Shown here: piece after piece, positions 1 through 8,493 of the stretch
Numbering within the stretch: position 1 is the stretch's first letter
How the letters are laid out: every line of letters starts with the position of its first letter
Assembly: GCA_963701395.1 (NCBI GenBank)
Contig: CAVOZU010000007.1
Coordinates: 514,053 to 578,052, forward strand
DNA: 64,000 nt
From: an uncultured Actinomycetes bacterium
Lineage (GTDB): Bacteria; Actinomycetota; Thermoleophilia; Gaiellales; Gaiellaceae
Direction of reading: 5' to 3'
Program-made: the position numbers and the translations under genes
The notes under the pieces: model-generated
Seen by the model: the letters and a program-made list of their open reading frames with translations, nothing else
Databases searched by the model: none
What the model was told of the DNA's origin: nothing

Positions 1-906
1 GACCGCATAGACGTGCGGCACCGAGGTCGCCATCCGGTCGTCCGTGGCGATTCCGGTACGTGGATCCCCGTCCAGGCCGAGTGCCTCCAGTCCGAGATCC
101 TGGACGAGCGGCGCGCGACCGACGGAAACGAGCATCAGGTCGCAGGCCGCTGTCTCACCCTCACCGAAGTGCACGACGAGCTGTGAGCCCTGATCCTCGA
201 CTCCCGTGCACTGCTTGCCGAGGTGCAGAGCGATGCCACGACGCTTGAGCTGCTTCGCGAGCTCCTTCGCAGCGTCGCCGTCTTCCTGCGGGATGAGCGT
301 GTCGAGCATCTCGACGATCGTCACCTCGGAACCGAAGCGGTCGAAGATCGACGCGAACTCGCATCCGATGATGCCCCCGCCGAGGACGACGAGCCGGCGC
401 GGCACCTCCGTCTGGGCGAGCAGCCCGGTCGAGTCGACGCAGCGCGGCGTGTCCAGTCCCGGGATGGGCGGCCGCATCGGGTACGAGCCCGTTGCGATCA
501 CCGCGGCGCGAAACGTGACGTCCTCCCCACCCTCGACCGCGAGCGTATTGGGGCCGGTGAACCTCCCGTGACCGGCGGCCCAGGTCACACCGAAGGCCTT
601 GAACAACGAGGCCACACCGCCGGTCATCTGCTTCACCACGCCGTCCTTCCAGGCGGCCACGGTGGGGAAGTCGAGACTCGGCTCTGACGTGACGACGCCG
701 AGCTTTGCGTTCGTCTCCCGCGCGGCGTGGAGTGCGTGTGCGCTCTGCACCCACGCCTTGGTGGGGATGCAGCCAACGCGGAGACAGGTGCCGCCCAGTG
801 CCGGCTCGCGCTCGACGCAGACGACGCTCGCGCCGAGCTGAGCCGCACGGATCGCCGCCGTGTAGCCCCCGGGGCCGCCTCCGAGGACGGCGACGTCACA
901 TTCCAT
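1..906 (-). CDS. lpdA: dihydrolipoamide dehydrogenase (E3), runs off window start
   Basis: Translation from ATG 906: MECDVAVLGGGPGGYTAAIRAAQLG...GGTCLRVGCIPTK (FAD-binding motif and redox CxxxxC). Confidence 0.93.
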   Translation of the reverse strand, partial: MECDVAVLGGGPGGYTAAIRAAQLGASVVCVEREPALGGTCLRVGCIPTKAWVQSAHALHAARETNAKLGVVTSEPSLDFPTVAAWKDGVVKQMTGGVASLFKAFGVTWAAGHGRFTGPNTLAVEGGEDVTFRAAVIATGSYPMRPPIPGLDTPRCVDSTGLLAQTEVPRRLVVLGGGIIGCEFASIFDRFGSEVTIVEMLDTLIPQEDGDAAKELAKQLKRRGIALHLGKQCTGVEDQGSQLVVHFGEGETAACDLMLVSVGRAPLVQDLGLEALGLDGDPRTGIATDDRMATSVPHVYAV

Positions 907-962
907 TCGTGTTCACCCTTTCGCGTAGCTCCCTGGCGATGCTACCGGCCGGGCCTCGGCTG

Positions 963-1436
963 TCACATCAGCGCCACGCGCATCGTCAGCGAGTCGCCCT
1001 GTGCCTCCACCGCCTCGAAACCGCGGCGCTCGTACACGGCGATCGCACCTTCGTTGCGCCTGTCGACACAGAGTGAGAGCGCCGGCCGGGCTTCCTCCCC
1101 GGCACGCTCGAGCAGCGCCGTCAGAAGCGCGTCACCGATACCGCGGCCGCGACGGCTGGGAACGACCGCGATCGCGAGCTCCGGCGTCGCTTCGTCGACG
1201 AACCCGTAGCCGGGCCTGTCGCGCGTGAACAGCCTGTACCACGCTGCACCGACGGGAAACCCGTCCTCGATCGCGATCATCGCCGTGTCGCCGAGACGTC
1301 CCCACGACTTCACGTACAGCTGGACGGGGCCCGGGCCGCCACCGGGCAGGCGCTCCTTCCAGTAGTAGGCGTGGTGGAGCATGTCGCGCAGGAAGCGGAC
1401 GTCCTGGACGCCACCCCTGCGCAGGACGATGCTCAT
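963..1436 (-). CDS. GNAT family N-acetyltransferase
   Basis: RRGRGIG acetyl-CoA motif A; N..A..YER.GF motif B. Confidence 0.9.
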   Translation of the reverse strand: MSIVLRRGGVQDVRFLRDMLHHAYYWKERLPGGGPGPVQLYVKSWGRLGDTAMIAIEDGFPVGAAWYRLFTRDRPGYGFVDEATPELAIAVVPSRRGRGIGDALLTALLERAGEEARPALSLCVDRRNEGAIAVYERRGFEAVEAQGDSLTMRVALM

Positions 1437-1608
1437 CTAGATGGTTGATCGGTAATTGGGGTGCCCGTCGGGGACGGGTGTGACCAAGCAGCGTGGCGTG
1501 ATCGGTCGTGGCGCGTACCTGCTGGTACGTGTCACGGGCGAGCGTGCCGCGATGCGCCGCGTCACAACCGCCAACCGCGGGTGCCTGAATTGCCGATCAA
1601 CCATCTAG
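1437..1608. mobile_element. MITE-like non-autonomous element inserted at CTAG
   Basis: Ends CTAGATGGTTGATCGGTAATT (1437-1457) and AATTGCCGATCAACCATCTAG (1588-1608) form a 20/21 inverted repeat; CTAG at both ends; no plausible gene. Confidence 0.85.
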
Positions 1609-2873
1609 AGCGCGAGCGCCGGGTTCTCGATGAGCCCGACGAGGGTGCGCAGAAACTCCGCCCCGTCGGCTCCGTCGATCGCGCGGTGGTCACACGTGAG
1701 CACGAGGCGTGCAATCGGCGCAACGGCGATCTCCCCCTCGACGACGACGGCCTCGTCGCGGACAGCCCCCACGGCCAGGATCGCCACTTGTGGCGGGTTG
1801 AGGACGGCGACGAACTGCTCCACGCCGTACATGCCGAGATTCGAGACCGAGAACGTCCCGCCCTCGAGATCTTGCAGGGTCAGCTTGCCGTCACGGGCGC
1901 GGTCGACGAGGTCGGCCCGAGCCTGCGCGATCTCCTGAATCGTCAGGCGCTCGGCTGCACGGATCACCGGGACGAAGAGACCGGCCGGCGCGGCAACCGC
2001 GATGCCCACGTTCGCCGATGCGAAGCGGTGAATCTCGTCCCCGGTGAAGGTCGCGTTCACGGCCGGGTGCCGTGCGAGCGTCGCTGCGACGAGCTTGACG
2101 AGGACGTCGTTCACGGTCGGCTTCGCGGCTCCCTCCACGCGACGCTCGACCAGCCGCTCGCGGAGGGCGAGCGCCTCCGTCATGTCGGCGGAGACCCCGA
2201 GCTGGAAGACCGGCGCCGCCCAGGCGTCGGTGAGACGTCGGGCGATGGTCTTGCGGATCGAGGTGAGCGGGACGACCTCCGGCACCGCCTCGAGCGGAAG
2301 GGGCCCTGTCCCGACTGCGGTCGTGGTCGGCGCGGTCGCGGAGCGTTCCACGTCCTCTGCGAGCACTCTTCCGTCGGGGCCGGTGCCGGTGACCGTCGCC
2401 AGCTCGACACCGCGCTCGCGTGCGATGCGACGGGCGAGCGGCGACGCCTTGATGCGGCCGTCGGACCGCGGTGTGAGCGTCGCTGCGTCGGGCTGCGCCT
2501 CGGGTGGGACCACCGGTGCGGCCTCGCGCGGGGGGACAGGCGCGGACCCAGCGACGGAAGCAGGCGCGGCATCGGCCGGGAGGTCGGTGGCGGGGTCGGG
2601 CGTGGCAGCCTCCGGGCTGCCGGTGGCGACATCCTCGCCCGCTGCACCCATCACGGCGATCGACGTCCCCACGTCGACCTCGCCCGCCTCGACGAGGATC
2701 TGGAGCAGAACACCGTCCTGCTCGGATTCGACCTCCTGCGTGACCTTGTCGGTGTCGAGCTCGTACAGCGGCTCGCCGTGACGGACGGCGTCGCCCTCCC
2801 GCTTGAGCCAGCGGACGATCGTCCCCGACTCCATGCCCTGCCCGAGGCGGGGCAGCTTGACCTCGGTCGCCAT
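1605..2873 (-). CDS. pdhC: 2-oxoacid dehydrogenase E2 (dihydrolipoamide acyltransferase)
   Basis: Lipoyl domain (TDKV), E3-binding ASPLARRIA...GTGPDGR, catalytic DHRAIDG. Confidence 0.92.
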   Translation of the reverse strand: MATEVKLPRLGQGMESGTIVRWLKREGDAVRHGEPLYELDTDKVTQEVESEQDGVLLQILVEAGEVDVGTSIAVMGAAGEDVATGSPEAATPDPATDLPADAAPASVAGSAPVPPREAAPVVPPEAQPDAATLTPRSDGRIKASPLARRIARERGVELATVTGTGPDGRVLAEDVERSATAPTTTAVGTGPLPLEAVPEVVPLTSIRKTIARRLTDAWAAPVFQLGVSADMTEALALRERLVERRVEGAAKPTVNDVLVKLVAATLARHPAVNATFTGDEIHRFASANVGIAVAAPAGLFVPVIRAAERLTIQEIAQARADLVDRARDGKLTLQDLEGGTFSVSNLGMYGVEQFVAVLNPPQVAILAVGAVRDEAVVVEGEIAVAPIARLVLTCDHRAIDGADGAEFLRTLVGLIENPALAL

Positions 2874-2875
2874 CG

Positions 2876-2938
2876 TCAGCGACTGGCCGGGACGGGACGG
2901 ATCAGACCCGCCTGCAGCTCTCCTTCGACCTGAGTCAT
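2876..2938 (-). CDS. 20-aa upstream ORF, possibly leaderless or a gene remnant
   Basis: CATAAT -10-like box 7 nt before the ATG; MTQVEGELQAGLIRPVPASR stops 2 nt before the E2 start. Confidence 0.35.
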   Translation of the reverse strand: MTQVEGELQAGLIRPVPASR

Positions 2939-2962
2939 GGGCGTCATTATGCTGACGCCGTC

Positions 2963-3604
2963 GTGAAGCTCGCCGACCAATGGGCCGCCATCGAGACGGA
3001 CCTTCCCCAGGAGTGGGAGGAGGTGCGGCTGACCCTCACCACCGAACAGCCGGCCGACCTGGGCCGTGCAGCACTCGTGCTCGGGTCGATGAGCCCGGGT
3101 CGCGTCGCCGACACGCTGGTCATCCACGTCCGCCGTTCGGGAGGTACTGCAGGCCCCGATGCGGCGCGGCGGGTCTTCGCCCGTCTCGACCGCGATCGTG
3201 TGTGGTGTGTCCTCGAGCGAGGCGAGACGACGATCGCAGAACCTGTCGTTGCAGCAACGCGTGCTTCACTCGTCGAGCAGTGGGATGCGCTGCTCGACAA
3301 GCTTCCCGGAGACTGGAGCGACCTCCTCTGCGAGCTCCGCGTCGATTCGAGCGAGCTCCTCCCGGGCGCGTCGCTCCGCTGTGCGCCGCTCAACCCGACG
3401 CGAGATCACGACATCGTCGGTTTCGTCTTCCGTTGCGCGCGTGTTGCCGGTTACGGAGTATCGCCCGGGATGGCTCGCCGGTCGTTCGAGGGCCTTGACG
3501 CCGACGGCATCGGTGGAGGCGTCAGCCTTCGTCGGCTGCTCTCCGGCTCCGGACACACCGCGACCCAGGGGCCGGTCTGGGTAGTCGGAGGACGAACGCT
3601 GTAG
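2963..3604 (+). CDS. hypothetical protein with internal tandem domain duplication
   Basis: LADQWAAIETDLPQEW.. and LVEQWDALLDKLPGDW.. repeat halves; TATGCT -10 box upstream. Confidence 0.75.
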   Translation: MKLADQWAAIETDLPQEWEEVRLTLTTEQPADLGRAALVLGSMSPGRVADTLVIHVRRSGGTAGPDAARRVFARLDRDRVWCVLERGETTIAEPVVAATRASLVEQWDALLDKLPGDWSDLLCELRVDSSELLPGASLRCAPLNPTRDHDIVGFVFRCARVAGYGVSPGMARRSFEGLDADGIGGGVSLRRLLSGSGHTATQGPVWVVGGRTL

Positions 3605-3630
3605 TACGTCGAGGCGGGTCCGCTCTGTCT

Positions 3631-5934
3631 CTACGACGACAACGTGCGGAGCTCGGCTCCGAGTCGCTCCGCAAGGGCGGCTACCACGCGTGCGCGCAGC
3701 TCGTTCGCCTCGTCGTCGGCAATCGTCCTCGCAGACGACTGGAAGACGAGATGCAGGGCGACGGACTTCAGCCCCGCGCCGACCTGATCGCCGTGATACA
3801 CGTCGAACACGCGCGCCTGGCGCAGCTCGGCACCGCCGGCCTCCCGAGCCGTTGCGACGATCGCACCCGCCTCGACGTCCTCGCCGACGACCACGGCGAT
3901 GTCCTGCCGATTCGCCGGATAGGTGATCACGTCGTCGTAGAGGATCCGTGCGGGAACAGGGGCGAGCAGGGTCTCGACGTCGAGCTCGAACACACCCCAC
4001 GAGCCCTCGAGCAGCGCGGGATGCAACTCGCCGTACCAGCCCGCGTCGACGGTGGCAGCCTTGCCCGGGTGGAGGAACTCCTCGCTGGCACGCTTCGGTT
4101 CGAGCGGCAGATGGAAGGCGTCGCAGATCGCCTCCACCACGGAGCGCGCTGCCGCATAACCACCCTCGGTGATGCCGCCGACATGCCAGCGCTCGTCGGG
4201 TACCTCGTCGCCGGCGGGGTGGTAGACCCGAGCCAGCTCGAACAGCGCGATGCCCTCGCTTCCGCCATCGACGTTCACACGGGCCGCGTCGGCGAGGCCG
4301 TGCAGCAGCGTCGTTCGGAGCACGGCCTGGTCGCCGCTCATGGGATCCGGCAGGCGGATCGCGTTCGGGTCGGGATCCGACGCGGTGAGGCTCCAGGTGT
4401 AGGCCTCCGAGAACCCCGCCCCGAGGAGCACGTCTTCGATCGACCGACGTGCGCGCTGCGACGCCGAGAGATGGCCGACGACCGACCGGCGGAGCGGCAT
4501 GGTGTGCGGCACCCGGTCGAGAACCACGCGGGCGACCTCCTCGACGAGGTCGACCTCGCGCGTGACGTCTCGCGCCCTCCAGGTCGGAACGGTCACCGCC
4601 CAGTCGTCGGCGACGTCGAAGCCGAGCCGTTCGAGGATCGAGCGTTGCTCGTCCTCCGCAACGTCCAACCCCACGAGCCGACTCGTTCGCCCGGGTCGGA
4701 GCGTCACCACGGGCCGGTCGGGCAACCCTGAATGGGCATCGGTCGAGCCGACGAGCTCCGCACCGGCGAGGTCGACGAGCAGCCGGCTCGCCAGCGCAGC
4801 GGCCGGCTCGGCCAGGTACGGGTCGACGCCCTTCTCCCAGCGGTTCGACCCGTCGGTGCGCAGAGCGAGGCGCTCCGAGGTGCGGAGGATCCCCACCGGC
4901 TCGAAGTTGGCGGCCTCGAGCAGCAGCTCGGTGGTCTCCTCCGAGACCTCGGACTCGAGCCCGCCCATGATCGCGGCCAGCGCGACGGGCTTCTCGCCGT
5001 CGGTGATCAGCAGGTCGCTGTCCTCGAGCCGCCGCAGCGTGCCGTCGAGCGTCCGCAGCTCCTCTCCGGCGTGCGCGCGCCGAACGGCGATGCGTCCACC
5101 CGCGAGCAGCCGGCGATCGAATGCGTGGAGCGGGCTCCCCCACACGTGCATCACGTAGTTCGTGATGTCGACGACGTTCGAGATCGACCGCATTCCGGCG
5201 AGATGGAGCCTGGTGCGCAACCACTGCTGCGACGGGGCGACGGCGACCCCACGGAACAGGCGACCGATGTAGCGCGGGCACCCGTCCACGTCGTCGACCG
5301 TCACCTCGACGAGCTCGGGATGCCGGATCGGCGTGTCTTCCGGGGTCGGAGGGTGGAGCTCGCCACCGGTGAGCGCCGCCACCTCTCGAGCGAGTCCGAC
5401 CATGGAGAGCAGGTCGACGCGGTTCATCGTGGGCGTCACGTCGAGCACGTGGTCGCGGAGGGGCAGCACGTCGACGAGCGGCGTGCCAGGCTCGATCCCG
5501 TCCGGCAGCAGCATGATCCCCGAGTGGTCGGGGCCGAGCGCGACCTCGTCCTCGGCCAGGATCATCCCGCGCGACACCTGGCCCCGAAGCGCACGCTCCT
5601 CGAGCGGCCGCGGGAGGCCCGGCAGCAGCGCGCCAGGCAGACCGACGGCGACCGTCGCTCCCACGCCGAAGTTCCAGGCACCACACACGATCTGCTGTGG
5701 ATCGGGATTCCCCACGTCGACCTGGCAGAGCTGGAGCTTGTCGGCGTTCGGGTGCTTGTCGGCGACGACGACACGACCCACGACGAAGTGCTCGAGATTG
5801 CCGTCCGCGTCCGCGACGCCGACGTCGATCACGCGGTCCACCTCGAGAGCCGAGATCGAGAGCCGGCGCGCCAGCTCGTGGGCGGAAGCACTCGTGGTCA
5901 CGTACTCGCGCAGCCAGGAGAGGGGCGCTCTCAT
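3631..5934 (-). CDS. pheT: phenylalanine--tRNA ligase beta subunit
   Basis: MRAPLSWLREY start, HPNADKL, VCGAWN, NVVDITNYVM; C-terminal anticodon-binding domain. Confidence 0.97.
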   Translation of the reverse strand: MRAPLSWLREYVTTSASAHELARRLSISALEVDRVIDVGVADADGNLEHFVVGRVVVADKHPNADKLQLCQVDVGNPDPQQIVCGAWNFGVGATVAVGLPGALLPGLPRPLEERALRGQVSRGMILAEDEVALGPDHSGIMLLPDGIEPGTPLVDVLPLRDHVLDVTPTMNRVDLLSMVGLAREVAALTGGELHPPTPEDTPIRHPELVEVTVDDVDGCPRYIGRLFRGVAVAPSQQWLRTRLHLAGMRSISNVVDITNYVMHVWGSPLHAFDRRLLAGGRIAVRRAHAGEELRTLDGTLRRLEDSDLLITDGEKPVALAAIMGGLESEVSEETTELLLEAANFEPVGILRTSERLALRTDGSNRWEKGVDPYLAEPAAALASRLLVDLAGAELVGSTDAHSGLPDRPVVTLRPGRTSRLVGLDVAEDEQRSILERLGFDVADDWAVTVPTWRARDVTREVDLVEEVARVVLDRVPHTMPLRRSVVGHLSASQRARRSIEDVLLGAGFSEAYTWSLTASDPDPNAIRLPDPMSGDQAVLRTTLLHGLADAARVNVDGGSEGIALFELARVYHPAGDEVPDERWHVGGITEGGYAAARSVVEAICDAFHLPLEPKRASEEFLHPGKAATVDAGWYGELHPALLEGSWGVFELDVETLLAPVPARILYDDVITYPANRQDIAVVVGEDVEAGAIVATAREAGGAELRQARVFDVYHGDQVGAGLKSVALHLVFQSSARTIADDEANELRARVVAALAERLGAELRTLSS

Positions 5935-5936
5935 CG

Positions 5937-6932
5937 TCAGAACTGCCTCGAGAAGCGAAGGTCGTTGCGCCAGAGCTCGCGCAGGTCCGGGAACTCGTGC
6001 CGAAGCATGGCGATGCGCTCCAGCCCCCAGCCGAAGGCGAAGCCCGAGTAGCGCTCGGGGTCGTAGCCGACGAACTCGAACAACGCGGGATCGACCATCC
6101 CTGCGCCGCCGACCTCGATCCACCCGGAGTGGCGGCACACCGGGCAGCCGTTGCCGTCGCACACGTGACACGACACGTACGCCTCGATCGACGGCTCCGT
6201 GAACGGAAAGTAGTGGGTGCGGAACTCGGTGCGCCGGTCGGCGCCGAAGAGCGCGCGGAACAGGAAGTCGAGCGTGCCGGTCAGATCTGCGAGCGTGATG
6301 CCCTCGTCCACTGCCAGCCCCTCCACCTGGTGGAAGACCGGCGAGTGCGTCGCGTCGGGCGTGTCCCGCCGGTACACGCGCCCGAGCGAGACCATGTACA
6401 CGGGTGGCTGCTCGGCCTCCATCGTCCGGATCTGCGAGGGCGAGGTCTCGGTGCGCAGCACGCGCTCGTCGTCCACGAACAGCGAGTGCAGCGGCGACCG
6501 CGCGGGATGCCCGGGGGGAAAGTTGAGCGCGTCGAAGTTGTAGCGCGTGGTCTCGACCTCGCGCCCGTCGACGACCCGATATCCGAGGCCGAGGAAGATG
6601 TCCTCGACCTCGCGCCGGATCTGCGTGATCAGATGCAGGCGACCGCGCCTGTAGGCGCCGACGGGCAGCGTCACGTCGACGCGCTCGCGGGTCAGGCGCC
6701 GATCGAGCTCTTCCCTGTCGAGGATGGCCGCGCGTAATTCGATCGCTTCCTCGAGCGCTATCCGAGCCGCATTCAGCGCCATCCCGGTGTCGCGATCGCG
6801 CACCTCCCGCAGGGCGAGCTTGAGCGCACTCTTGCGACCGAGGTACTCGACCCGGATCACGTCGATCTCGTCGACCGTCGTGGCCGCCCCGACGGCGTCC
6901 AGCGCTTCCCGCTGCAGGGCCTCCACGTCCAT
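5937..6932 (-). CDS. pheS: phenylalanine--tRNA ligase alpha subunit
   Basis: NFDALN, LRTETSP, FHQVEGL, YFPFTEPS, GFAFGWGLER. Confidence 0.97.
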   Translation of the reverse strand: MDVEALQREALDAVGAATTVDEIDVIRVEYLGRKSALKLALREVRDRDTGMALNAARIALEEAIELRAAILDREELDRRLTRERVDVTLPVGAYRRGRLHLITQIRREVEDIFLGLGYRVVDGREVETTRYNFDALNFPPGHPARSPLHSLFVDDERVLRTETSPSQIRTMEAEQPPVYMVSLGRVYRRDTPDATHSPVFHQVEGLAVDEGITLADLTGTLDFLFRALFGADRRTEFRTHYFPFTEPSIEAYVSCHVCDGNGCPVCRHSGWIEVGGAGMVDPALFEFVGYDPERYSGFAFGWGLERIAMLRHEFPDLRELWRNDLRFSRQF

Positions 6933-7117
6933 GGCCAGCGAGCGTACCAGCGCCCTCCGCCGACGAAGCCCCCTGGCGCACGGCCCGCTCCCCGCCACGT
7001 GCATGGCTGATTGAATCGCCCGGATGAGCGCCAGTGACACGTTCACCCCGATCGATGCCGACTGGTCACCCGAGATGACCGGGCACGTCGACTTCTCTGT
7101 CACTCCGGCCCGAGCAC

Positions 7118-7867
7118 ATGGAGAGAAACCGCATGGGGTCTGACCCCCAACCGCACCACACCGCGCCGCTCTACGACGCGATCGCAGGGATCTACGACCC
7201 CTGGTCCGTCTCGGTGACGGAGGACGTCGGGTTCTACGTCGACCAGGCACTCGCCGCGAAGGGCCCGATCGTCGAGCTCGCCGTGGGCACTGGGCGCATC
7301 GCCATCCCCATCGCCAAGGCGGGAGTCGACGTGATCGGCGTCGACCAGTCGCCCGAGATGCTCGCCGTCGCGCGGGCGTACGCACAGGCGGAAGGCGTCG
7401 ACGCCGCCGTCGATCTCCGACTCGGCGACGTGCGCACGCCACCCGTCGCCGAGCGCGTGGGTCTCGTCGTCTGCCCGTTCCGCTCGCTGCTGCACCTGGC
7501 GAGTGAGGCGGAGAAGCTCCGTGCGCTCGAGGCGGCTCATGCGCTGCTCGAGCCGGGCGGGCGCTTCGTCTTCGACGTGTTCGCACCGTCACCCGAGGAC
7601 ATTGCCGAGACGGATGGGTTGTGGCTCGAGCGCGAACCGGGCATCCTCGAGCGCGCCGACTGGGACGAGGCGTCGCGCACTCTCCAGCTCTCCGTGCAGG
7701 GCGAGAGCGAGTCGGTGTCGTTCACGCTGCATTGGCTCGACCGCCACGAGTGGGAGCGGCTGATCGGCGAAGCGGGGTTCATCGTCGAAGCGCTCTACGG
7801 GTGGTTCGACCAGCGTCCGTTCGACGGGGGCGAGGACATGATCTGGGTGTGTCGGAGGCCAAGCTGA
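7118..7867 (+). CDS. class I SAM-dependent methyltransferase
   Basis: VELAVGTGR motif I; GVDQSPEML. Confidence 0.88.
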   Translation: MERNRMGSDPQPHHTAPLYDAIAGIYDPWSVSVTEDVGFYVDQALAAKGPIVELAVGTGRIAIPIAKAGVDVIGVDQSPEMLAVARAYAQAEGVDAAVDLRLGDVRTPPVAERVGLVVCPFRSLLHLASEAEKLRALEAAHALLEPGGRFVFDVFAPSPEDIAETDGLWLEREPGILERADWDEASRTLQLSVQGESESVSFTLHWLDRHEWERLIGEAGFIVEALYGWFDQRPFDGGEDMIWVCRRPS

Positions 7868-7918
7868 CCTGGGCGGCAGCCGTGGAATTCGGCAGGCGAG
7901 TCGTCTAGAGTCGTCCGC

Positions 7919-8491
7919 GTGACCTGGTTGATCGTGATCCTCGTGCTCGTCGGCCTGGCCGTGGTCCTCGTGATCACGCTCTACAACCGGTTCGTCCGGC
8001 TGCGGAACCGCGTCGACAACGCGTGGGCGCAGATCGAGGTACAGCTCAAACGCCGCTGGGACCTGATCCCCAACCTCCTCGAGACGGTGAAGGGCTACGC
8101 CGCCCATGAGCGCGAGACGTTCGAAGCCGTCACGAACGCGCGGACCACGGCCCAGCAGGCCGGGACGCCCGCGGCGACCGCACAGGCAGAGGGGCTCCTC
8201 GGCCAGGCGCTCGGCCGTCTGTTCGCAGTCGCCGAGGCCTACCCGGAGCTACAGGCGGACGAGAACTTCCGGCAACTCCAGTCCGAGCTCGCCGAGACCG
8301 AGAACCGGATCGCCATTTCGCGCCAGGTCTACAACGACTCGGTGCTCACGTACAACAACGCGATTCAGACCTTCCCCGGCATGCTGCTCGCCGATCCGTT
8401 CGGGTTCGCGGCGCGCGAGTTCTTCGAAACGGACGACGCCCAGCGCGAGCCGCCGCAGGTCAGCTTCACGCCCGGAACACCCGCGAGCTGA
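7919..8491 (+). CDS. lemA: LemA family protein
   Basis: N-terminal TM; QLKRRWDLIPNL, AEAYPELQA, YNNAIQTFP. Confidence 0.95.
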   Translation: MTWLIVILVLVGLAVVLVITLYNRFVRLRNRVDNAWAQIEVQLKRRWDLIPNLLETVKGYAAHERETFEAVTNARTTAQQAGTPAATAQAEGLLGQALGRLFAVAEAYPELQADENFRQLQSELAETENRIAISRQVYNDSVLTYNNAIQTFPGMLLADPFGFAAREFFETDDAQREPPQVSFTPGTPAS

Positions 8492-8493
8492 CC

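Noticed and set aside
5935-6981. Apparent N-terminal extension of PheT (1116-aa ORF)
   Set aside because: Alternative frame over pheS; PheT begins at MRAPLSW (5934).
6933-7117. T-box upstream of pheS
   Set aside because: No T-box consensus (TGGNACCGCG) seen.
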